From: Gemmatimonadales bacterium
Lineage (GTDB): Bacteria; Gemmatimonadota; Gemmatimonadetes; Gemmatimonadales; GWC2-71-9
NCBI GenBank assembly: GCA_035553475.1
Contig: DATNDQ010000035.1
Span: 7,075-71,074, forward strand
DNA: 64,000 bases
Reading direction: 5' to 3'
Shown: positions 9,210-17,708 of the stretch, in pieces
Layout of the letters: every line of letters starts with the position of its first letter
How positions within the stretch are numbered: the stretch's first letter is position 1
The notes under the pieces: generated by a model
The model's database searches: none
Told to the model about the DNA's origin: nothing
What the model saw: the letters and a program-made list of their open reading frames with translations, nothing else
Position numbers and translations under genes: made by a program

Positions 9210-9794
9210 ATGACCACCCGCCGCTCATTCCTCTCTATCGCACTGCTGGCCGGTTGCCTGGGCGCGGCCTCACTCCAGGGCCAGGGAGCCCAAGCGCCCA
9301 CAGGGCCGTCGGACGCCGATGTGGCCTTCATGTCCGGCATGATCGGGCACCACGCCCAGGCCGTGCTCATGGCCGGGTGGGCCGAGAGCCACGGGGCCTC
9401 CCCCACGGTTCAGACGTATTGCCGCAAGGTCGTGGTTTCGCAGCGGGATGAGATCGGCCTGATGAAGCGCTGGCTCCAGGATCACCACGAGGCCCTCCCG
9501 GACACCACCCTGATGTACGGACGGTCCATGCCCGGGATGGGGCCGATGCTGATGCCCGGCATGCTCACCGCGGCGCAGCTCGCGCAACTCGACAGTGCGC
9601 GCGGGTCCGACTGGGATCACCTGTTCCTCGAGGACATGATCCGGCATCATCAGGGCGCCATCGAAATGGTCCGGCAACTCTTCAATACGCCGGGCGGCGG
9701 CAAGGGGATCGTGTTCCAGTTTGCCACCGATGTCTCGGCCGATCAGACCGCGGAAATCACGCGGATGCGGCAGATGTTGATCACGCTTCCGTGA
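9210..9794 (+). CDS. DUF305 family lipoprotein (194 aa)
   Basis: It has a lipobox (IALLAGC), HH motifs (MIGHHAQAVLM, MIRHHQGAIEM) and a Met-rich loop (SMPGMGPMLMPGM). Its stop overlaps the GTG of the next gene. Confidence 0.85.
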   Translation: MTTRRSFLSIALLAGCLGAASLQGQGAQAPTGPSDADVAFMSGMIGHHAQAVLMAGWAESHGASPTVQTYCRKVVVSQRDEIGLMKRWLQDHHEALPDTTLMYGRSMPGMGPMLMPGMLTAAQLAQLDSARGSDWDHLFLEDMIRHHQGAIEMVRQLFNTPGGGKGIVFQFATDVSADQTAEITRMRQMLITLP

Positions 9795-11779
9795 CGTCAC
9801 CTTCCACCCCGGAGTTTCCTGTGCTCTCTGGTTCTTTCATTCACCGCGTGATCCTGGCCGCCGGGTTTTCGTTCGTGGCCGTCGCCGCGAATGCCCAGGC
9901 GCCGTCCCCCGATCCACGGGTCGGGCTGAAGGCCGGTATCTACAATGCGCAGGAGGCGCTCTGGAACATGCGCCTCGTGTCCGCGACCAAGCGCCCCGAC
10001 GCGTTCGTGATCGACTCCGCGCCCGGCGATTTCAACTACATCGATTCCGACCTGGCCTTCGACGGCAAGTATGTCATCCAGGGGAATTTCCACGGTGTGC
10101 TGATCTGGGACGTGAGCCAGCCCGCGCATCCGGTGCTCGTCACCGCGATGCCGTGCCCCGGGTTCCAGAATGACGTCTCGGTGTACGGGCATCTGCTCTT
10201 CACGTCGGTCGAATCGACGGACAGCCACAAGGACTGCGGCGGTGCGCGCATCGCCGACACCGTCAGCGCCGACCGGGTGCGAGGCGTCCGCATCTTCGAC
10301 ATCTCGGACATCAAGAGTCCGAAGCTCCTCACGAACGTGCAGACGTGCCGGGGCTCCCACACCCACACCCTGGTCACCAGCCCCGCGGACAAGGACAACA
10401 TCTACGTCTATGTCTCGGGCTCGTCTCCCGTCCGCTCACCCAACGAGCTGGCCGGTTGCTCGGGGATGACGCCGGACAAGGATCCGAACAGCGAGCTCTT
10501 CCGCATCGAGGTGATTCAGGTCCCCTTGGCGCACCCCGAGCAGGCGAAGGTCGTCAGCAAGCCCGACATTCTCGCGGGGCTCACGCAGGCGGGCACCCAT
10601 CCCGAGGCGGCGACCGACCTCGCCAAGCAGCAGGCGCGCGTGGATTCGGTGCGCGCGGCCGGCGGGTTCATCGCCAAGGTCGAGGGCCGGGACGTGATCA
10701 TCGGCGGCCGGTTCCTCAAGATGCAGCTCGACAGCATCGTGAAGGCCCGCGGCGGCACCGGTGACCCGACGGCTGCCGATACGGCGACCTTCCGCACCAA
10801 CATGCAAGCCATCGTCGACAAGATCGTCGGCGCGGACAACACGCAGGGTCCGCGGCCGGGCCCCGTGCAGTGCCACGACATCACGGTGTATCCCGCCATC
10901 GGCATGGCGGGGGGTGCGTGCGGCGGCTACGGCCTCCTCCTCGACATCAAGGATCCGGCGCACCCGCGGCGCATTGCGGCCGCGGCGGACTCGAACTTCG
11001 CCTTCTGGCATTCGGCGACGTTCTCGAACGATGGGTCCATGGTGCTGTTCACCGACGAGTGGGGCGGGGGACTGGCGCCGCGCTGCCGCGCCACCGACGA
11101 CCCGAAGTGGGGCGCGGACGCCCTGTTCCGGATCAAAGACTCGACGCTCGCCTTCCAGAGCTATTTCAAGATGCCCGCCGCTCAGACGGAGCAGGAGAAC
11201 TGCGTCGCCCATAACGGGTCGCTGGTGCCCGTGCCGGGCCGCACCATCATGGTCCAGGGCTGGTACCAGGGGGGCATTTCGGTGTTCGACTGGACCGATC
11301 CGGCCCATCCCAAGGAGATCGCCTACTTCGACCGTGGTCCCATGGACTCGACCAAGCTGGTGAACGCCGGCTCCTGGTCCGCCTACTGGTACAACGGGAT
11401 GATCGTGAGCTCGGAGATCGGCCGCGGGCTCGACATTCTGGAGCTCCTGCCGAACGATCTGCTCACCCAGAACGAGATCGACGCGGCCAAGCTCGTGCAC
11501 GTGACTCAGCAGAACGTGCAGGATCAGCAACGGATCGTGTGGCCCAACAGCCCGGTGGTGGCCCAGGCATACCTGGACCAGTTGGCCCGGTCCGGGATGA
11601 CCTCCAAGCAGGTGACCGACACCCGTTCCGCCCTGGCCAGGGCTGAAAAAGCGACCGGCGCGGCCCGGAAGACGGCCCTGACCAAGCTGGCGTCCCAGCT
11701 CAACAGCTCGGCGGCGGCCTCAGGCGACCCGGCGAAGGTGCAGGCTCTGGCCTCGGTGATCGGCGCCCTGGCCAAGTAG
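9791..11779 (+). CDS. secreted LVIVD-repeat beta-propeller protein, function unknown (paralog 2, 662 aa)
   Basis: It has a signal peptide (..FVAVAANA-QA) and the same blade motifs and Cys/His motifs as paralog 1 (QTCRGSHTHT, QCHDITVY, FWHSATF, ENCVAHNGS). It overlaps the DUF305 gene by 4 nt. Confidence 0.75.
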   Translation: MTSPSTPEFPVLSGSFIHRVILAAGFSFVAVAANAQAPSPDPRVGLKAGIYNAQEALWNMRLVSATKRPDAFVIDSAPGDFNYIDSDLAFDGKYVIQGNFHGVLIWDVSQPAHPVLVTAMPCPGFQNDVSVYGHLLFTSVESTDSHKDCGGARIADTVSADRVRGVRIFDISDIKSPKLLTNVQTCRGSHTHTLVTSPADKDNIYVYVSGSSPVRSPNELAGCSGMTPDKDPNSELFRIEVIQVPLAHPEQAKVVSKPDILAGLTQAGTHPEAATDLAKQQARVDSVRAAGGFIAKVEGRDVIIGGRFLKMQLDSIVKARGGTGDPTAADTATFRTNMQAIVDKIVGADNTQGPRPGPVQCHDITVYPAIGMAGGACGGYGLLLDIKDPAHPRRIAAAADSNFAFWHSATFSNDGSMVLFTDEWGGGLAPRCRATDDPKWGADALFRIKDSTLAFQSYFKMPAAQTEQENCVAHNGSLVPVPGRTIMVQGWYQGGISVFDWTDPAHPKEIAYFDRGPMDSTKLVNAGSWSAYWYNGMIVSSEIGRGLDILELLPNDLLTQNEIDAAKLVHVTQQNVQDQQRIVWPNSPVVAQAYLDQLARSGMTSKQVTDTRSALARAEKATGAARKTALTKLASQLNSSAAASGDPAKVQALASVIGALAK

Positions 11780-11802
11780 CCTCTTCAGCGGGCGGTTTGC
11801 GG

Positions 11803-11830
11803 ACGGCCCCACCCAGGCGGGTGGGGCCGT
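11803..11830 (+). terminator. intrinsic terminator after propeller gene 2
   Basis: A perfect 12-bp stem (acggccccaccc / gggtggggccgt) with a 4-nt loop, followed by tccgtttcgt. Confidence 0.7.
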
Positions 11831-11922
11831 TCCGTTTCGTGCAACAGGGAAAGGGGAGGCTCCGTATGAAGGACGGACGACGCATATTCCCGTTGTTCCC
11901 CGAACCCCAGAGGCTCTGCGAC

Positions 11923-14900
11923 ATGAAGCGCATCATCGCCCTCTCCTTCGCCGTCGTTTCACTCACAGCTACACGCGCCGCGGGGCCCGACTCGTTGTCG
12001 GGTGGCCTGGCGTGGCGCAACATCGGTCCACTCCGTGCGGGACGCGTCTCCGCGGTCTCCGGCGCGGTCGGCGAGGCTGGCGTGTTCTACGCCGGGTTCC
12101 CGACCGGAGGTCTGTGGAAGACATCCAACGCGGGTGTCACGTGGGATCCCATATTCGACGACGTCACGAGCACGTCCTCCATCGGCGCCGTGCAGGTCGC
12201 GCCGTCGGACACCAACGTGGTCTACGTCGGTACCGGCGACATGCCGACCGGCGGCAATATCAATGAAGGGGACGGCGTCTATAAGTCGACCGATGCCGGC
12301 AAGACCTGGCAGCACATCGGTCTCGAAGACTCCCGCCAGATCCCCTCGATTCTCGTCGATCCCAAAGACCCCAACCTCGTGCTCCTCGCCGCGCAGGGAA
12401 ACCGCTATGCCAAGGGCGGCTCGCGTGGCGTCTACCGGAGCACCGACGGCGGGAAGACGTGGAGCAAGACACTCGACACCGGCGATTCGATCGGCGTGGA
12501 GCGGCTTGCCTGGGCGAACGACGCGCCGAGCACCGTGCTGGCGGCGACTGACTTGCACTACGTCAACGTGAACGCCGCCTTCGGCGGCGGCGGTCGCGGG
12601 AACCCCAACGCGCCGACCGCGACGATGCTCTACAAGTCGACCGATCAGGGCATCACCTGGCAGCAGCTGACGGGTGGCGGCTTGCCGCGCCTGTTCGGCC
12701 GCATGTCGGTGGCCGTGGCTCAGCATACGAATGGCCAGCGGATGTACATCATCGGGAACTTCGGCCTCTACCGGTCCGATGATGGTGGCGCCAACTGGCG
12801 TCAGATGGATGCGGGGGACCGCCGGATCGGGAATGGGCAGGGCGGCTACAACTGCGGCGTCTACGTCAGCTCGTCGAATCCCGACGTCGTGATCACGATC
12901 AACACGTCGAGCTACATTTCGCGGGACGGCGGCAGCACCTTCACCGGCTTCAAGGGCGCCCCGGGCGGTGACGATCCGCAGCAGCTCTGGATCGACCCCA
13001 CCGACGGCTCGCGCATGCTCCTCGGCTTGGACCAGGGCGCGACGGTGACGCTCGATGGCGGGCGCACGTGGAGTCCCTGGTACAATCAGTCCACCGAGCA
13101 GGTCTACCACATCTCGTCGGACAACTCGTTCCCGTACTGGGTCTACGCGTCGCAGCAGGACGCCGGGGCCATTCGGGTCCGGAGCCGCGGCAACTACGGC
13201 GAGATCGGACCGCTGGACTGGAGTCCGACGGGCGGGTGGGAGTGGGGCACCGACGTCGTCGATCCACTGAACAACAACGTTCTCTACGCCTCCGGCTCGG
13301 GCATCCAGAAGATCACGTTCCCGTCGGAACAGATCTCGAACGTCAGCCCGGCCACCGATCCGAATTCACAGCTGCGCACGAACGCCGACAACCCGCTGGC
13401 GTTCGCGCCCTGGGACCAGCACAAGCTCTTCGCCGGGTTCCAGTACCTGCTGTCGAGCACCGACGGCGGGATGCACTGGAAGAAGATCAGCCCGAACCTG
13501 GGCTATCCGAAGGGCGTCACCCCGCCCCCGGATACCGCCACGCCGAAGCCGGGCTCGCCGCGCGGCGGGACCATCCAGTCTCTCTCGCCGTCGACGGCGG
13601 CGCGAGGTGTGATCTGGGTCGGTACGACCAACGGACTGATCAAGGTCACGCGGGACGAGGGCGTCACCTGGAGTGACGCGTCGATCCCGAATCTCCCGGA
13701 CTCCAACCGGACCGCCGTGCAGATGGTCGAGGCGTCGCATTTCAACGCCGGTGAAGCGTACGCGGCGCTCGATGCCCACAACCTGGGAGACTATCAGCCC
13801 CAGCTGTACCGCACCCGGGACTACGGGAAGACGTGGACCAAGATCGTGACCGGGCTCCCCACCGGGCAGATCGGCGGCTCGTTCACGCACCTGATCCGGG
13901 AAGACACCAAGAAGGACGGGCTGCTGTTCGCCGGCACCGAGAGCGGGATGTACGTCTCGTTCGACGACGGTGATCACTGGCAGTCGCTGCAGCTGAACCT
14001 CCCCACGACGTCCTACCGGGACGGGTTCATCAAGGGGAACGATCTCGTGGTCGGGACCTACGGCCGCGGCATCTGGATCCTCGACGACATCTCCCCCCTC
14101 CGGCAGATGACCGGCTCGGCACCCGCGGAGGCGGTGAAGCTCTTCCAACCCGGTGACGCAATCCGCATTCGGCGGAACGTGAACCAGGACACGCCGATGC
14201 CGCCCGAAGTCCCGCATTCGGACAACGCACCCGATGGAGCGCTGATCACGTACTACCTGGCCTCCGCTCCCTCAGGCACCATCACGCTCGACGTTCTGGA
14301 CTCGAGCGGGGCGGTGGTGCGCCACATGTCGAGCGCGCCGATCACGCCGGTCAAGGAGGCCGCGACGCCTCCCAACCCGAGCTTCTGGCTCGCGACGCCG
14401 GAGCCGATGCCGGCCAAGGCCGGGTTGAACCGGATCAACTGGGATATCCGGTACGACGATCCGCCGGCGTTCAATCACAGCTGGGAGATCAACGCGAATG
14501 CCGGCAAGACGCCGGCCTCGCCCGAAGGTCCGCTGGCGTTGCCGGGTGTCTACACGCTGAAACTCACCGTGGACGGCAAGAGCTACACGCAGAAGGTCAC
14601 GGTGCGGGATGATCCGCGTTCCCCTGCCACCGCGCTCGCACTGCGCGAGATGCATGGGCTGCACATGAAGATCCTGGCGGGGCTGTCGGAGTCGTGGAAT
14701 GGCTACCAGCAGGCGAACGCCATTCGCACCGGCCTCGAGGCGGATACCGGCTCGAGCGTGGCGGAGGTCGCTTCGGCGGCGAAGTCGTTGCTGGCGCGGA
14801 TCGATACTGTGGCCGGCTCCCTGGGCGGTCCCTCGGGCTTCTTCTTCCGCCGCTCCACGTCGCCGAATTTCGTCGGCGTCAACGGCGCGCTGGTCCGTCA

Positions 14901-15204
14901 GCTCAATCAGCTGGAGATGGGTGATGGCGCACCGACCCCGGGCGACCTCGCGGATTACGAGGGGAGCTGCTCGGATCTCAGCAAGTCGGTGACCGCGTGG
15001 CGCACGATCAGCGACAAGGACCTGGTCGCCTTCAACGCCGTGCTCACCAAGAACAGCATGAAGCCGGTGGCGGGCGATCCGCCGGCGCTCAGGGCTCCGA
15101 CGTGTGCCGCCGCTGCGAAGGGTGGCGCGGCCGCGAAGAAAGCCCGGACGAACACGGTCGAGCAGGACGAAGACCGCGATCCGGACGAACCGCCGAGCGA
15201 GTAA
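11923..15204 (+). CDS. BNR/Asp-box repeat, sortilin/VPS10 (GH74-like) double beta-propeller protein, secreted (1093 aa)
   Basis: A signal peptide is present (MKRIIALSFAVVSLTATRA). Eleven SxDxGxTW-type Asp-boxes are present (STDAGKTWQH, STDGGKTWSK, STDQGITWQQ, SDDGGANWRQ, TLDGGRTWSP, STDGGMHWKK, TRDEGVTWSD, TRDYGKTWTK, SFDDGDHWQS and others). Confidence 0.8.
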   Translation: MKRIIALSFAVVSLTATRAAGPDSLSGGLAWRNIGPLRAGRVSAVSGAVGEAGVFYAGFPTGGLWKTSNAGVTWDPIFDDVTSTSSIGAVQVAPSDTNVVYVGTGDMPTGGNINEGDGVYKSTDAGKTWQHIGLEDSRQIPSILVDPKDPNLVLLAAQGNRYAKGGSRGVYRSTDGGKTWSKTLDTGDSIGVERLAWANDAPSTVLAATDLHYVNVNAAFGGGGRGNPNAPTATMLYKSTDQGITWQQLTGGGLPRLFGRMSVAVAQHTNGQRMYIIGNFGLYRSDDGGANWRQMDAGDRRIGNGQGGYNCGVYVSSSNPDVVITINTSSYISRDGGSTFTGFKGAPGGDDPQQLWIDPTDGSRMLLGLDQGATVTLDGGRTWSPWYNQSTEQVYHISSDNSFPYWVYASQQDAGAIRVRSRGNYGEIGPLDWSPTGGWEWGTDVVDPLNNNVLYASGSGIQKITFPSEQISNVSPATDPNSQLRTNADNPLAFAPWDQHKLFAGFQYLLSSTDGGMHWKKISPNLGYPKGVTPPPDTATPKPGSPRGGTIQSLSPSTAARGVIWVGTTNGLIKVTRDEGVTWSDASIPNLPDSNRTAVQMVEASHFNAGEAYAALDAHNLGDYQPQLYRTRDYGKTWTKIVTGLPTGQIGGSFTHLIREDTKKDGLLFAGTESGMYVSFDDGDHWQSLQLNLPTTSYRDGFIKGNDLVVGTYGRGIWILDDISPLRQMTGSAPAEAVKLFQPGDAIRIRRNVNQDTPMPPEVPHSDNAPDGALITYYLASAPSGTITLDVLDSSGAVVRHMSSAPITPVKEAATPPNPSFWLATPEPMPAKAGLNRINWDIRYDDPPAFNHSWEINANAGKTPASPEGPLALPGVYTLKLTVDGKSYTQKVTVRDDPRSPATALALREMHGLHMKILAGLSESWNGYQQANAIRTGLEADTGSSVAEVASAAKSLLARIDTVAGSLGGPSGFFFRRSTSPNFVGVNGALVRQLNQLEMGDGAPTPGDLADYEGSCSDLSKSVTAWRTISDKDLVAFNAVLTKNSMKPVAGDPPALRAPTCAAAAKGGAAAKKARTNTVEQDEDRDPDEPPSE

Positions 15205-15218
15205 GGGAGGTTTGAAAA

Positions 15219-15254
15219 CAAGAACCCCGCCTCATCATCGAGGCGGGGTTCTTG
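15219..15254. terminator. bidirectional intrinsic terminator
   Basis: A perfect 15-bp stem (caagaaccccgcctc / gaggcggggttcttg) with a 6-nt loop and a T-rich 3' flank. It lies between convergent genes ending at 15204 and 15265. Confidence 0.75.
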
Positions 15255-15264
15255 TTTCCTGTTC

Positions 15265-17535
15265 CTAGTACAGGATGTCGTACGCGAGCCGGAATCCACG
15301 CCCTGGCTGGGGCACGAAGTCCTTGATCACCGAGAGATTGTCCCGGTACACCGTATTGAGGAGGTTCTCACAGTTCAGGGTGATCTGTGACGTCATGTCG
15401 CCGCTCGTGAGCCGCATGCCTACGCCCAGATCCATCACAGCGTATCCTGCCGTCGGCGTGTCTCCATCACCCAGACGGGTCTGCCGTGCCGCCATCCGGA
15501 CCTGTACCGAGCCCGTGTAGATGGAGCCCTCGTACGTCGCCCGGATCAACCCGCGGAGTGGCGGGATGAAGGGAAGGGGCACGTTCAGGTGGGTGTCCTG
15601 GGCGTTGACGTAGTCGGTGTGGGCGTCGAACAGGAGGGAGCGGGTGGCCGCGACGCTCACGCTGGCCTCGAATCCCATCAGCCGGGCGTTGGTCGCGGCA
15701 AACTGGCGGACCGGGAATCCCTGGATCGTGTCGCCGCGCAGGAAGCCGTAGATGTAGTTGGAGATGAAGTTGACGTACGGCGAAAGCGTGAACGCGGCCC
15801 GGCCGAACTCTCCACGCAGGGACGCATCGACGCCAAGGCCGGCCTCGGGCCTCAGCGTCGCCGTGCCAACTGAGTACGTGCCGCTTGGGGCGTCCAGTCC
15901 GTTGGCGAAGAGCTCCTGAACCGTGGGGGCCCGGAACGACCGCGCGATAGAAAAAGATCCGGAGAGGCCCGTGGCGAGTTGCCGGACGGCACCGAGGGAC
16001 GCGGTGAAGGCGTTGGAATTCCGGGAATCGGTCAGCGTCTGGAAGACCGAGTCCGTCGAATAGGGATTGGGATGGGTGGAGATGTGGTTGTAGTCGTACC
16101 GCAGGCCCGCTTGCAGCCTGGTCCCCGGCGCCACCAGGTACTCCTCGAACACATACCCAGCGAGCCCCGTGGTCGTCGAGTTGGGGCCGAGCGGCTGGTC
16201 GCCGGAGATGTCGAGCTTCTGGTAGTCGGTCCAGATGCCCACCGTGCCGGTCCACCGTCCGACGGTGGGTTGCAGGAGCTGGAGGGTCGCGTTGAACTCG
16301 CGCTTGTGGAAATGATTGGCCTGGGGATCGGAGACGCCGGTCGAGTCCTGGGCGGTCGGAAACTCCGAATGCGTGTAGTCGTTGTAGGCGGCGTTGAGCT
16401 TGGCGCGCTCGAACAGGGTGCCGCCGGTATTGAAGAGCCCGCGCAATTCGAACGTGCTGCGTTGTTGCGCGATCCGCGATGTCGTCGGCGGCACGGTGGC
16501 CCAGTTGGGATTCGGAGGCACGCCCGGGATGCCGTAATTCATGGCGTACCGGTTTCCCCCGATGCCGATCATGCCGAACGCGCCCTGGTACGAATAGCCG
16601 GCACCGCCTTCCGCGGAGTGATCGAACGATTGCGGGAGACGATCCAGATCGAACACGGCGCCGGTGCCGGGGTCGGTGTACGTGCCGGCCGGGATCCGGA
16701 TGGCGTTCGCGTGGAGCCCGCCGACGGCCATCCGGAACGCCGATCCCCCCGACGTGAAGACGTCATTCGTGTAACCCGCGACCTGTTCGTTGACGCTGTT
16801 GCCTTCGACCGCGGCGTTCCCTGATACGGTGCGGTCACTTGCGGTGGGGACCAGGTTCGTCACGATGTTCACCAGTCCGCCGATGGTATTCGGTCCGTAC
16901 AGGATGCTGGCGGGGCCCCGGACTACGTCCACCTGGGCGATGCTCAAGGCGTCGATGGGGGTGGCATGGGCCGGATCGTACGTCGCGATGTCCCCCATCC
17001 GGAGTCCGTTTTCCAGCACCAGGACCTCGTTGTCGCCGAGGCCCCGGAGGATGGGACGATTGGGGGCCGAACCGTTCCCGCGCACCGCCACACCCGGGAG
17101 ATCGCCGAGCTTGTCGGCGAACGTCATGCCGGGGCTCCGGGCCAGATCGAGCCGGGATTTCGAGTCGACCGCCTGGTACTGGTCATTCGCCGAGCGGGCT
17201 ACCGGGGCGGCCGAGACGACGATTTCGGGGAGGGGGATGGGGGACGGATGGAGCGCAAAGTCCACGGTCAGATCGGCTCCTGCGCTTTTCACGGTGTCGA
17301 TCACCGGGGCGTATCCCGGGAGTCCGACGTACACCCGGTAGACACCTGCCGGCACGCGCTCGAACCGGTAATCCCCCTTGGCCCCGGTGAGCTGGGTGCG
17401 ATCGAGCTCGAGCAGCCGGACCGTGGCTCCATTCAGCGGTCCCTGCTCGCCCTTCACTGTGCCTTGAATGGACTGGGCGGCCGCGGGGGACGCGAGCAGC
17501 GCCAAGGCCAAGAAGTGCCTGATTTGCGGGGACAA
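15265..17535 (-). CDS. TonB-dependent receptor with N-terminal carboxypeptidase-regulatory-like domain
   Basis: 756 aa with a signal peptide. A CarboxypepD_reg-like domain is present (GTVKGEQGPLNGATVRLLE..GDYRFERVPAGVYRVYVGLPGY), along with a plug region (VVRGPASILYGPNTIGGLVNIVT) and a beta-barrel ending ...RGFRLAYDILY. The apparent start is TTG. Confidence 0.9.
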   Translation of the reverse strand: MSPQIRHFLALALLASPAAAQSIQGTVKGEQGPLNGATVRLLELDRTQLTGAKGDYRFERVPAGVYRVYVGLPGYAPVIDTVKSAGADLTVDFALHPSPIPLPEIVVSAAPVARSANDQYQAVDSKSRLDLARSPGMTFADKLGDLPGVAVRGNGSAPNRPILRGLGDNEVLVLENGLRMGDIATYDPAHATPIDALSIAQVDVVRGPASILYGPNTIGGLVNIVTNLVPTASDRTVSGNAAVEGNSVNEQVAGYTNDVFTSGGSAFRMAVGGLHANAIRIPAGTYTDPGTGAVFDLDRLPQSFDHSAEGGAGYSYQGAFGMIGIGGNRYAMNYGIPGVPPNPNWATVPPTTSRIAQQRSTFELRGLFNTGGTLFERAKLNAAYNDYTHSEFPTAQDSTGVSDPQANHFHKREFNATLQLLQPTVGRWTGTVGIWTDYQKLDISGDQPLGPNSTTTGLAGYVFEEYLVAPGTRLQAGLRYDYNHISTHPNPYSTDSVFQTLTDSRNSNAFTASLGAVRQLATGLSGSFSIARSFRAPTVQELFANGLDAPSGTYSVGTATLRPEAGLGVDASLRGEFGRAAFTLSPYVNFISNYIYGFLRGDTIQGFPVRQFAATNARLMGFEASVSVAATRSLLFDAHTDYVNAQDTHLNVPLPFIPPLRGLIRATYEGSIYTGSVQVRMAARQTRLGDGDTPTAGYAVMDLGVGMRLTSGDMTSQITLNCENLLNTVYRDNLSVIKDFVPQPGRGFRLAYDILY

Positions 17536-17708
17536 ACGGGGCTCCGTGTCATTGGTTCGGAACTAGGGGCGTCGTTTCAATACGGTCGCGAGTCGGCGCA
17601 TGTTGCGCAACCCTTTCGGGGGTCCGGCCATCTCACCGGATGGACACGAAACTCAAGGCTTGTGTCCCCCGTCTTCCTCTATAACCTGAGCACCCCGAGG
17701 CGCCGACG

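Noticed and set aside
8375-9406. Long N-terminal extensions in the ORF track. Affected ORFs: 8375-9406, 8970-9794, 11797-15204, 21695-23311, 26070-27014, 29521-30666, 30498-32030, 44270-45436, 48286-49242, 49170-50207, 50530-51657 and 56798-59296.
   Set aside because: The extensions overlap the preceding gene or the opposite-strand gene and are Arg/Pro-rich. Internal ATG/GTG codons give proper signal peptides or conserved N-termini, often in ATGA/GTGA coupling with the upstream stop. Starts were trimmed accordingly.
17536-17708. A possible riboswitch (for example cobalamin) in the 173-nt region upstream of the TonB-dependent receptor, or a tRNA/sRNA in this and other longer intergenic regions (2957-3119, 20199-20331, 63089-63187).
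   Set aside because: No B12-box-like GCCACTG is present. There is no tRNA-like T-arm (GTTCGAATC-type) or cloverleaf, and only short, weak hairpins. I cannot run covariance models, so a novel RNA is not excluded.
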